From an uncultured Eubacteriales bacterium (GTDB lineage: Bacteria; Bacillota; Clostridia; Oscillospirales; QAMX01): a stretch of 63,299 nucleotides of DNA. Position numbers and translations under genes: made by a program. The notes beneath the pieces were generated by a model that had not been told where the DNA came from, did not search any database, and saw only the letters and a program-made list of their open reading frames with translations. Shown in pieces: positions 55,875-63,299 of the stretch. Within the stretch, counting starts at the first letter, position 1. Each line of letters begins with the position of its first letter. The stretch spans positions 1 through 63,299 of the forward strand of contig CAJLFQ010000004.1 of the NCBI GenBank assembly GCA_905205975.1. Direction: 5' to 3'.

Positions 55875-56511
55875 AGGGGTTTGCAAGCGCGCGGTGGTCA
55901 AGCGCCCGGCGCAGTTTGGATGTTTCAACCGGGGAGAGCGCGTATTTTTCCGCCAGCCTGGCGCAGACGCTGCGCAGCGTTTCGGCGCTGCCGTGCTTGA
56001 GTTCTGCTTCCAGCTCAAAAAATGAAGCCGACGGACAGCCGTTGACAAATCCCTCGTCCAGCGCGAATGCGATTACGGCGCCGGAAACGCAGACCGCCTG
56101 CTCGATCCGGCGGAATTCCACCGAAGCAATCGGCGCAATGCCGGGGAGGAGGCCGGACAGCATACCGGATGTTTCGGGCGGCAGCAGCGGCAGCAGACGG
56201 GGCAGCCCTTCTGCAAGCGACTCCGCAGCGCATTCATATTCGCCGCGGACTGCAAGCCCCGGCACATCAGATACGACATCCGCAGGGTGCGGATCGGTTT
56301 TGACGGTGATTCGGCCGATGCCGTTTTCGGCGCGGAAGCGCAGCGCGCAGTGTGCCGCATGCAGCGCATGATCCGCCGTATCGTAGTAGACGGAACGCAT
56401 GTCCAGCGTTTCCGCAGGCGCGACGGCCGCGCCCTGAATCAGGTCGTCATTGAAAGCCGAGAGAAGACGCGTCCGGCTTTCACAGGATAGTTTGATTTCG
56501 GTTTCGGTCAA
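55873..56511 (-). CDS. CYTH domain protein (triphosphate tunnel metalloenzyme family)
   Basis: ExExK motif at the N-terminus (TETEIKL). TTG start at 56511 lies 7 nt after GGAGGG, so the ORF-track ATG at 56559 lacks an SD. Confidence 0.75.
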   Translation of the reverse strand: MTETEIKLSCESRTRLLSAFNDDLIQGAAVAPAETLDMRSVYYDTADHALHAAHCALRFRAENGIGRITVKTDPHPADVVSDVPGLAVRGEYECAAESLAEGLPRLLPLLPPETSGMLSGLLPGIAPIASVEFRRIEQAVCVSGAVIAFALDEGFVNGCPSASFFELEAELKHGSAETLRSVCARLAEKYALSPVETSKLRRALDHRALANP

Positions 56512-56581
56512 GCAGATGCCCTCCTGACGATCAACGGAATATGAGCGGAATCTCATCAAAAAACAAAAGCGAAACGGCTGT

Positions 56582-58762
56582 TTATTTTTTCAGCAGGCGG
56601 ACGGCCAGCGCGCCCAGCTCATAGAGAACGGCGGCGGCCAGCGCCGGGACAATGGTCTGCGGGAGTATGCGCAGTGAAAGCTGTTCAAAGCCAAAGAGGC
56701 TGTTGAAAGGCTGCCAGCGGGAAAGCCCGTAGGCCGCGGCGCAGACGGCGGCAGCCAGCCAAAGCATCGGGCGGCTGCGGCGGTCCAGCAGAGCGAAAAG
56801 CGAATCCCCCCAGACGAAGGCGATGAGTGCCAGCACCACGGCGGATGCCAGCAGCGTCAGAAATGCAGCGGCAGAGGCGGCGGGTTCACCGGCGTTCGTG
56901 ACCGGCGCAAGCTGACCATACAGCCGTGCGGCATACAGCGCGGCAAAAAGCGCGCCGGCCAGACAGAAGACGTGGAAAAACCGTCCGGCGGAGCGGCGCG
57001 GTGCCGGCAGCCGGGGCGATTCTTCCAAAGCGCTCAGGAGCGGGTTCTTTGGTGCGATGGACGGTGCGCCGCGCCGTGCGGAGAGAAAAGCAAACGGCAG
57101 CGGCAGCAGATAAGAAAGCAGAACGGCGGCCGGCACGGTCAGCGGGGGCAGCGCGGCGGAAGCCGAAGCCAGCAGCATAAAAAGCGTGGCGGCGATGGGC
57201 GCGGCCAGCATGGCGAAAGCGGCCCGCGCGGAAGCGTTGCAGACGTCGCGCACGGTTCGGAAAATCTCAGCCAAATCGGTGATTTTGCATTGTTTTGCTT
57301 GGATATCAGCCGGACGGCAACCGTCGGACGCAGGCGAAATGCAGACATCGGCGTGCGCAAACAGCGGATCCTCCGCATCGTCTGAAGCGGCGGCGAGCAG
57401 TTCGCCGCGTTCCGCCAGCGCGGCTGTGAATGCCAGCCGGTGTTCACCGTCCATCCCGGCGGCGACGCGGGCGCGTCCAACGGCCCGCGCGAGATTTTCC
57501 GGGCGGAAGTTGTCGATGCGCGTACCTGTGAGAACGCGGCCTAAATCATTCGTAATGCCGAGGGCGGATGCCCGGCAGAAAGCGCAGCTTTCATCTTCGC
57601 GGCTGACGTAGACGACGCCGACACCGAGCTGACGAAGCGACTGCACAGCCGCTTCCGCCCCTTCAACAGGCGCCGTGCTGTAAATCAGACAGCCAACCAG
57701 CGCCGTCCCGCCGGACGCCATGTCGGAGACAAGCGCAATCACCTGACGGCCGGTTTCATAGGCCCGGCGGATGACGGCGCTGACGCGGTTTTGATCGGAT
57801 GTGTCAATTGAACGCGGCAGGCCGTGGTCCAGAACGTGTGTCGCCTGCGGCAGAAGCGATTCCGGCTTGCCGGCGCGGTAGGAAATGACGGAGCCGTCAG
57901 CCATGGTCAGCGACGAAGCGATGACGCCGGTTTCACGGTCAAAAGGCTCAAAAACGGTCGGAACCGGCGCCAAAGCGGAACGGTGTTCCATCGGGGTTGT
58001 GCGCATGGCGCGCAGCAGAACGTCCGACAGGCGCTGGCGAAATCCGCAGGCCGCAGCCAAAGAGCCGTCGTCACAGCGGCAAAACCCGAGGACAAGCGGC
58101 AGATGCTCGTCAAAATCCAGTTCTGCCGCCGGATGCATGACGCCGTCCGTATAAAACCCGCGCAGTTCGGCGCTCTTGGCGCCGTAAAAAACAGACTGGT
58201 CAGCCAGCAGCAGGCGGACACGGGCCAGCTGCGGCAGCGCGAGAAACTGCGCGACGGAGATGTCGCGGCGGCGCAGCGCTTCCGCTGCATTCCATGCGGC
58301 AACCGGCGCCGTCAGGGAGACGCCGGAGACAACTGCGGCGCAGAGACAGGCCGCGATGCCTTCCGCCGCAAGCGGCGACGCGGCATGACGGATCCAGAAC
58401 AGAACGGCGGCAGCGATGCCGAGCAGAATGGGCAAAGCCCGAAGAAACGGGGAGAGAAACAGGGCGTTTGTCCGGTTGGAGCCGAAATAAACGCGGAATT
58501 CCAGAGCGAGCAGGGTGCGGCGGCTGATGCCGGTCCGCGCGGCGGCAAGCTGTTCGATCGGCAGTGCGCCTGCACTGCCGGCTGCTGCGGCCAGCACAAA
58601 AAGCGCGGCCGAAAGACTGCCGCGCAAAAAAAGCGCCAATGCGGCGGCCGACAGCACCAGCGGCGCCAGCAACCGGCCGAGCCGCATCAGCAGCACGCCT
58701 CGGTTCAGAAAATCAAGATCCGCCGACTGTCCGGCGGAAGCAGAGGGATTGGAATCCTCCAT
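56582..58762 (-). CDS. degenerate P-type ATPase homologue (about 10 TM helices, no actuator domain, catalytic motifs eroded)
   Basis: Collinear with P-type ATPase landmarks, but DKTGT reads ADQSV, the TGD region reads SRE, and GDGxNDxP reads SDDAEDPL (followed by FAHADVCIS). Six C-terminal TM helices. ATG at 58762 follows GGTGG. Confidence 0.65.
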   Translation of the reverse strand: MEDSNPSASAGQSADLDFLNRGVLLMRLGRLLAPLVLSAAALALFLRGSLSAALFVLAAAAGSAGALPIEQLAAARTGISRRTLLALEFRVYFGSNRTNALFLSPFLRALPILLGIAAAVLFWIRHAASPLAAEGIAACLCAAVVSGVSLTAPVAAWNAAEALRRRDISVAQFLALPQLARVRLLLADQSVFYGAKSAELRGFYTDGVMHPAAELDFDEHLPLVLGFCRCDDGSLAAACGFRQRLSDVLLRAMRTTPMEHRSALAPVPTVFEPFDRETGVIASSLTMADGSVISYRAGKPESLLPQATHVLDHGLPRSIDTSDQNRVSAVIRRAYETGRQVIALVSDMASGGTALVGCLIYSTAPVEGAEAAVQSLRQLGVGVVYVSREDESCAFCRASALGITNDLGRVLTGTRIDNFRPENLARAVGRARVAAGMDGEHRLAFTAALAERGELLAAASDDAEDPLFAHADVCISPASDGCRPADIQAKQCKITDLAEIFRTVRDVCNASARAAFAMLAAPIAATLFMLLASASAALPPLTVPAAVLLSYLLPLPFAFLSARRGAPSIAPKNPLLSALEESPRLPAPRRSAGRFFHVFCLAGALFAALYAARLYGQLAPVTNAGEPAASAAAFLTLLASAVVLALIAFVWGDSLFALLDRRSRPMLWLAAAVCAAAYGLSRWQPFNSLFGFEQLSLRILPQTIVPALAAAVLYELGALAVRLLKK

Positions 58763-58808
58763 GAGAGCAGTCACCACCTGATTGACAGAATTGTACAGAA
58801 AAGACGAA

Positions 58809-59213
58809 TTACAGCCCGAAAACAGCCACGTTTTCAACGCCGTTCTGCTGAAATTCAGCCATATAGGCGTCGATTTTTCGGGCGAGCAGATCGCTGTCTG
58901 CACCGTCAACGTCTTTATCTTTCAGGTCGCGGCGTGCAAGCTCTTCCGCGAGGATGCCGTAAAAAACCATATCCTCGTAGTCGAGGATGGCCTCGTGAAT
59001 GCCGCCGTCCACATATTTGGCGGAAGGAACGGATTCAGCGCCTTCCACAAGGGCGTCCAGCCCGCATGACCGGCAGTTGGAGAAGACGGTGCTTTCCACC
59101 TCGTCATATTCGCCGATCCGATCGTCTCCGCGGATCGAATTGATGACCCAGTTGCCTGCATAGACGAGGTCCAGCAGCAGGCGAAACTGTCTGTTTGTCA
59201 AATGAAGATTCAT
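58809..59213 (-). CDS. hypothetical protein (134 aa), immediately downstream of lexA
   Basis: ATG at 59213 lies 6 nt after GAGG. Acidic and soluble, with no recognised domain. Confidence 0.6.
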   Translation of the reverse strand: MNLHLTNRQFRLLLDLVYAGNWVINSIRGDDRIGEYDEVESTVFSNCRSCGLDALVEGAESVPSAKYVDGGIHEAILDYEDMVFYGILAEELARRDLKDKDVDGADSDLLARKIDAYMAEFQQNGVENVAVFGL

Positions 59214-59220
59214 AATTTGC

Positions 59221-59245
59221 CTCGATTGACTCGATTGCTCGATGG
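59221..59245. repeat. 8-9-nt tandem repeat x3 that includes the SD of the 134-aa ORF
   Basis: Plus strand CTCGATTGA CTCGATTG CTCGATGG. On the minus strand this reads CATCGAG CAATCGAG TCAATCGAGG. Confidence 0.7.
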
Positions 59246-59275
59246 AATGGTTTGCTGTTCGGCGCGCCCGAATGA

Positions 59276-59860
59276 TCAATAATCGCGCGACAGGGAACAA
59301 ACGCGCCCCAAAATTTCGCAGCCGGTTCCGTCAATCGGCTGGTAGAGCGGATTTTCCGGCATCAGCCACGTCTGCTGGCCGACCTGCTTGAGCCGCTTGA
59401 CGGTGGCTTCGCCGTTGATCATGGCGATGACGATTTCGCCGTTGCGCGCCGTGCTCTGGCGGCGTACGATGACCACATCGCCGTCCAGAATCCCGGCGTT
59501 GATCATGGAATCACCGCGGACGTTCAGCGCAAAATAATCGCCGTTGTCGTCGGTGTTGTAGCAGAGATAGCCGGTGACTTCTTCAAACGCCAGAATCGGC
59601 TGGCCGGCAGTAACCCGGCCGATGACCGGAATGCGGGTGTAGCCCTTGTTGTGCGTCAACGTGATGGTGCGCATTTTGCGGGAATCCTTGCTGATGTATC
59701 CGAGCTCCTGCAAACGGTTCAGATATCCGTGGACAGAAGAAGGCGACTGCAGATGGACGCCTTTGCAGATTTCACGGACTGACGGCGGGACGCCGTTCCG
59801 GTTGATGGTTGTTTCAACGAATTCGTATACTTCTTTGATTTTGCCCTTGAGCGGTTCCAT
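59276..59860 (-). CDS. lexA: LexA repressor
   Basis: Winged-helix N-terminus (PSVREICKGV...HGYLNRLQELGYI), the S24 peptidase motif GDSMINAGILDGD and the catalytic Lys in ATVKRL. Confidence 0.93.
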   Translation of the reverse strand: MEPLKGKIKEVYEFVETTINRNGVPPSVREICKGVHLQSPSSVHGYLNRLQELGYISKDSRKMRTITLTHNKGYTRIPVIGRVTAGQPILAFEEVTGYLCYNTDDNGDYFALNVRGDSMINAGILDGDVVIVRRQSTARNGEIVIAMINGEATVKRLKQVGQQTWLMPENPLYQPIDGTGCEILGRVCSLSRDY

Positions 59861-59945
59861 TGTTTCACCTCAAACATATCGGAAAAGCCGGCCGGCTGCA
59901 AAAACAAAAACGGCGCGACATTTTTGACGGAAAAATTCATAATCC

Positions 59946-59981
59946 ATTATACCACAAAGCGCAGAAAGAAACAATGGTTCA
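59946..59981 (-). promoter_or_regulatory. lexA promoter with overlapping LexA (Cheo-type) box
   Basis: Minus strand TTGTTT-17 nt-TATAAT with TGTGg extended -10. The box TGAACCATTGTTTC (59968..59981) overlaps the -35 and fits GAAC-N4-GTTYC. Confidence 0.6.
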
Positions 59982-60019
59982 GACGTGAAAATCGCGGATG
60001 CCTGAATCTTTTTTTCGCG

Positions 60020-61255
60020 CTATCCGTCTTTTTTCCGGCGGCAGCGGCTCATTCGGAGATAGCAGAAACAGGCGGCCAGCGGAAAGATTGTTCCGGCCAG
60101 AACGGAAAGCCGGAAGCCGGACTGTTCAGCCGAGGCGGCAAACCACTGCGGCATCGGGATGCGCTGCGCCGCGTCGGCCAGAATGCCGATCAGCCACGGT
60201 CCGGCGGAACCGCCGATGTCGCCCGCGCAGGAGAGAATGGCGAACATCCATGCGCCGGCCATTGGATAACGCTCCCCGGAGAGCACAAGCGTCCCCGGCC
60301 ACAGCAGACTGGTCGAAAGCCCTGTGAGCCCGCAGGCGGCGATCGCCGCAACGGGCGTATGACAGAAGGCGAGCGTCAGATAACAGCCGGCGGCGATCAG
60401 ACAGGAGCTGGCCAGCACGCGGCTGAGCCGGAGCTTTGCGCCAAACAGCCCGTACAGGAGCCTCCCAATGCCGAGCATCAGCGCGAAGAAACCCGTTCCG
60501 AGCAAATCCCCCGCCAGTTTCGGCAGACCGACGCCGCGTTCCATGAAGGAAGAGGACCACTGCGCCACACATAGTTCGGCGGCGGATCCAAACGCAATGG
60601 CCAGCATGGCGGTTCGAAAGTAGGCGTCGGCGAGCAGCGGCCGCATCCGCTGCGTTTTTTCGGCGGGCGGCGGCGGCGCCAGCGGCACACCGGTAAACAA
60701 AACGAATGTCAAAACGGGCAGAAAAATCCAGCCGAGCAGGATAAACCGCCAGGCGGTATTGCCGAAAACGGACAGCAGCACGGTTGTGACGGCAACAACC
60801 AGCACCTGCCCCCAGGCATAAAACGAGTGCAGGAAGCTCATGGCGGCTCCTTTGGCTTCGGCGGTAATGCGGTCAATGATGGGGCTGAGCGTGATTTCCA
60901 GCAGCCCGCCTGCGCCGGAAAAGATCACCGTCGAGCAGAACAGCCCCATGCAGACGTTCCCCGGCAGGATGACCGGGGTCAGGGCATAGCAGCAGAAGCC
61001 TGCGGCAACCAAGACGGAAGCGCACAGCACGAACGGACGGCAGCCATGCCGGTCCAAACGGCGGGAAAACAGCAGGTCACAGAGCACCTGCGTGACAAAA
61101 TTGACAAAAATCAAGGCGCCGAGCATGGTGTAGGAAAGACCATACTGGTCGCGGAGCGGCATGAAGAGCAGCGGGGGCAGACAAACGACGGCCGCCTGCG
61201 TCAGGTAGGCACAGCAGCAGGCGGCCATGGTGCGGCGGTATCGGTTCGGAGGCAT
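60020..61255 (-). CDS. MFS transporter
   Basis: 12 predicted helices with an FSRRLDRHGCRP loop 2-3 motif. AAAGGAAGGA SD. Confidence 0.88.
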   Translation of the reverse strand: MPPNRYRRTMAACCCAYLTQAAVVCLPPLLFMPLRDQYGLSYTMLGALIFVNFVTQVLCDLLFSRRLDRHGCRPFVLCASVLVAAGFCCYALTPVILPGNVCMGLFCSTVIFSGAGGLLEITLSPIIDRITAEAKGAAMSFLHSFYAWGQVLVVAVTTVLLSVFGNTAWRFILLGWIFLPVLTFVLFTGVPLAPPPPAEKTQRMRPLLADAYFRTAMLAIAFGSAAELCVAQWSSSFMERGVGLPKLAGDLLGTGFFALMLGIGRLLYGLFGAKLRLSRVLASSCLIAAGCYLTLAFCHTPVAAIAACGLTGLSTSLLWPGTLVLSGERYPMAGAWMFAILSCAGDIGGSAGPWLIGILADAAQRIPMPQWFAASAEQSGFRLSVLAGTIFPLAACFCYLRMSRCRRKKDG

Positions 61256-61355
61256 CAGACATCCTTCCTTTCGGTTCCTGTTTGGATTGGTTTTGATTCA
61301 TCCTATGCGCCGGTTTCAAAAAAAGCGAAACATTGTCTGGCGCAGACATCAAAAA

Positions 61356-61391
61356 TATGGTATAATATGGTATGGTATAATATGGTATAAG
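61356..61391 (+). promoter_or_regulatory. triplicated extended -10 element (TATGGTATAA x3 plus a half copy)
   Basis: TATGGTATAA TATGG TATGGTATAA TATGGTATAA G gives two TGGTATAAT boxes and one TGGTATAAG box upstream of the nucleoside-hydrolase-like gene. Confidence 0.55.
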
Positions 61392-61477
61392 GACAGCGTG
61401 CCAAACGGCTGAAACGCACAGGTTCTCCTGAAGAAGGCGAATCACAAACGAGAAAATCGAAAGGATTTGTGTAAGAT

Positions 61478-62377
61478 ATGGCAGAAACAAAACCGAAAAC
61501 CATCATCCTGGATACGGACATTGGGCCGGATTGTGACGATGTCGGCGCACTGCTCATGCTTCTGAAACTGGAAAAGGCGGGTCTGTGCCGGATCGCAGCG
61601 ATCACGCACTGCACCTCCAACCCGTTTGGATGCGGCTGCATTGACGCCATCTGCCGCGCAGAGGGCCGCAGCGATATGCCGATCGGCACGCTGAAGCGGG
61701 ACGGCATTCTCTGCGGGTTTGACGACGCCCGTTACAACGAAGTCATCTGCGGGCTGTATGAAAACCGCTTTGCCAACGGCGCGGATGCGCCGGATGCGGT
61801 CAAAGTGCTGCGCCGGGCCTTCGCAGAAAACGAGGATATCACGCTGGTGACCATCGGCCCGCTGGGCAACGTCGCCGACTTCCTGAAGAGCGGCCCGGAT
61901 GAAATCAGCCCGAAAACGGGGCTGGAGCTCGCACGCGAATCGTGCAGCCGCATGGTCTGCATGGGCGGAAACATGGATGGGGACTGCCGCGAATTCAATT
62001 TCTTTGTCGAAACAGACGCAACGGCGACCGTTCTTGCACTGTGGCCGACGGAGATTTTCTTCTCGATTTTATCCACCGGCAACGACGTCCAGACCGGCGC
62101 GGATATGTCCAGCCGCCTCGGCCGGCTGCACCCGGCTGCACTGGCGTTCGCACTGCACAGCCCGAACGGCCGCAGCAGCTTCGACGAAACCGCCGTTTAC
62201 TATGCGCTCTTCCCGGAAACCCCGCTCTTTGAAACGAGCCGGGCAGGATGGATGGGCATCCTGGCAAACGGCGCCAACACATGGCGCTTCGCAGAAGACG
62301 GCCGTCATTACTATTTTGTCAAGGCCTGCCCGCCGGAGCAGGTCGCGGAAGCGCTGGAGAGCTGGATGTACCGCTGA
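61478..62377 (+). CDS. nucleoside hydrolase-like protein (IUNH fold)
   Basis: N-terminal Asp cluster IILDTDIGPDCDDVGAL is the DxDxxxDD motif. Confidence 0.7.
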   Translation: MAETKPKTIILDTDIGPDCDDVGALLMLLKLEKAGLCRIAAITHCTSNPFGCGCIDAICRAEGRSDMPIGTLKRDGILCGFDDARYNEVICGLYENRFANGADAPDAVKVLRRAFAENEDITLVTIGPLGNVADFLKSGPDEISPKTGLELARESCSRMVCMGGNMDGDCREFNFFVETDATATVLALWPTEIFFSILSTGNDVQTGADMSSRLGRLHPAALAFALHSPNGRSSFDETAVYYALFPETPLFETSRAGWMGILANGANTWRFAEDGRHYYFVKACPPEQVAEALESWMYR

Positions 62378-62428
62378 CAGCTGCGTCAAAAATCAAAGAT
62401 CGATCAATAAAACAAAGAGGTTACTCAC

Positions 62429-63244
62429 ATGAAAGACATTCTGACAGCTCCGTTTATGGAGGAAATGCGCAAAACCACGGCGAATATGTACCGGCTTGGC
62501 TGGGACGAACGCAACGGCGGCAACATCAGCTATCTGCTGGATACGGATGAAGTCGCGGCGTACCTGGATCTGGATCACGTCATCCGCACCATTCCGATGG
62601 GGTTTGACGCTTCCGCCCTGATTGGAAAAATCTTTATCGTCACCGGCACGGGCAAATACTTCAAAAACGTCGATGCAGACCCGGAGACAAACCTGGGGAT
62701 CGTCCGCATTGCGGCAGACGGCTGCACGGCGGAGCTGCTCTGGGGATTTGCGGACGGCGGCCGCTTTACCTCGGAATTCCCGGCGCATCTAATGAGCCAT
62801 ATGGCGCGCCTGACGGTGGATCCGGCCAACCGCGTGGTGATGCACTGCCACCCGACGTACACGCTCGCCATGAACTATGTGCATGAACTCGACGAAAAGA
62901 AATTCACCCATACGCTGTGGGAAATGTGCACCGAATGCATCGTCGTCTTCCCGGACGGCATCGGCGTTCTGCCGTGGATGCTCTGCGGCACCAACACCAT
63001 CGGCGAAGCCACTGCGAAAAAAATGAAGGAATTCCGCCTGGTCATCTGGGGCATGCACGGGATTTACGGCGCCGGCAAAACCATGGACGAAACGTTTGGT
63101 CTGATTGAAACGGTCGAAAAAGCGGCGCAGATTTATATGCTGACGGCGCATTTGCCGCGTCTGAATACGATTCGGGACGATCAGCTCCGCGAATTGGCAA
63201 AAGGCTTCAACCTGACATACCGGACAGATTTTCTGAACGATTAG
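62429..63244 (+). CDS. rhaD: rhamnulose-1-phosphate aldolase (class II aldolase)
   Basis: MYRLGWDERNGGNISYLLD..., His ligands (HCHPT, MHGIYG), and the length and N-terminus are typical of RhaD. Confidence 0.85.
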   Translation: MKDILTAPFMEEMRKTTANMYRLGWDERNGGNISYLLDTDEVAAYLDLDHVIRTIPMGFDASALIGKIFIVTGTGKYFKNVDADPETNLGIVRIAADGCTAELLWGFADGGRFTSEFPAHLMSHMARLTVDPANRVVMHCHPTYTLAMNYVHELDEKKFTHTLWEMCTECIVVFPDGIGVLPWMLCGTNTIGEATAKKMKEFRLVIWGMHGIYGAGKTMDETFGLIETVEKAAQIYMLTAHLPRLNTIRDDQLRELAKGFNLTYRTDFLND

Positions 63245-63273
63245 GCAGAACCAAACCAAAAAACAAGCGAACA

Positions 63274-63297
63274 CCGCACCGGTTTCAGCCGGTGCGG
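63274..63297 (+). terminator. probable terminator hairpin after rhaD (tail cut by window end)
   Basis: CCGCACCGG tttcag CCGGTGCGG. Confidence 0.45.
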
Positions 63298-63299
63298 CG

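Noticed and set aside
1-63299. Search for rRNA, tRNA, tmRNA/RNase P/SRP RNA, CRISPR arrays, IS elements, integrases or prophage genes
   Set aside because: No intergenic region exceeds about 360 nt and none shows cloverleaf-type or long structured-RNA features. There are no direct-repeat/spacer arrays. No ORF product resembles a transposase, recombinase, capsid or terminase protein. A covariance-model scan (Infernal/Rfam, tRNAscan-SE) would be the decisive check.

Overview
GC-rich, strongly GC3-biased chromosomal core segment of a spore-forming Clostridia-type Firmicute. Markers are spoIIE, dprA-topA-trmFO, plsX-acpP-rnc, greA, lexA, pth, upp, hisS and proS. About 60 protein genes are supportable. 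Most of the very long ORFs in the six-frame track are antisense shadows of real genes. I saw no rRNA or tRNA genes, CRISPR arrays, transposases, integrases or phage genes. Housekeeping blocks are interleaved with three other gene sets. (a) Apparently intracellular glycan and sugar genes: GH16, GH38, GH36-like, a BNR sialidase-like protein, ribokinase, a nucleoside-hydrolase-like protein and rhamnulose-1-P aldolase. (b) Envelope genes: two VanW-G5 paralogues, MltG, a TagA-like and a GtrII-like protein. (c) An ABC/GldG/DUF4340 module. Many intergenic regions carry near-consensus sigma-A promoters, often with the Gram-positive TRTGnTATAAT extended -10, and clean hairpin terminators. At least eight gene junctions are ATGA or TGATG overlaps. 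The most noteworthy observations are these. (1) The syntenic housekeeping topA carries an in-frame TAA inside the TOPRIM motif. (2) A lexA-headed same-strand gene string runs from a LexA box through an unknown 134-aa protein, a catalytically degenerate, actuator-less P-type-ATPase homologue and a CYTH protein to hisS. It is punctuated by short tandem repeats, including four GATC sites at exact 11-bp spacing. (3) There are two cysteine-rich orphan products: a 271-aa protein directly behind an ELP3-like radical SAM gene, and a 32-aa CC...CC membrane peptide with its own terminator. (4) A translationally coupled DUF2156 (MprF C-domain-like)/GNAT pair lies beside tmk, tagA-like and GtrII-like genes. 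(5) A triplicated TATGGTATAA extended -10 element precedes the nucleoside-hydrolase-like gene. None of these can be proven from sequence alone, so a decisive check is given for each. All family assignments come from motif recognition by eye, not from database searches.
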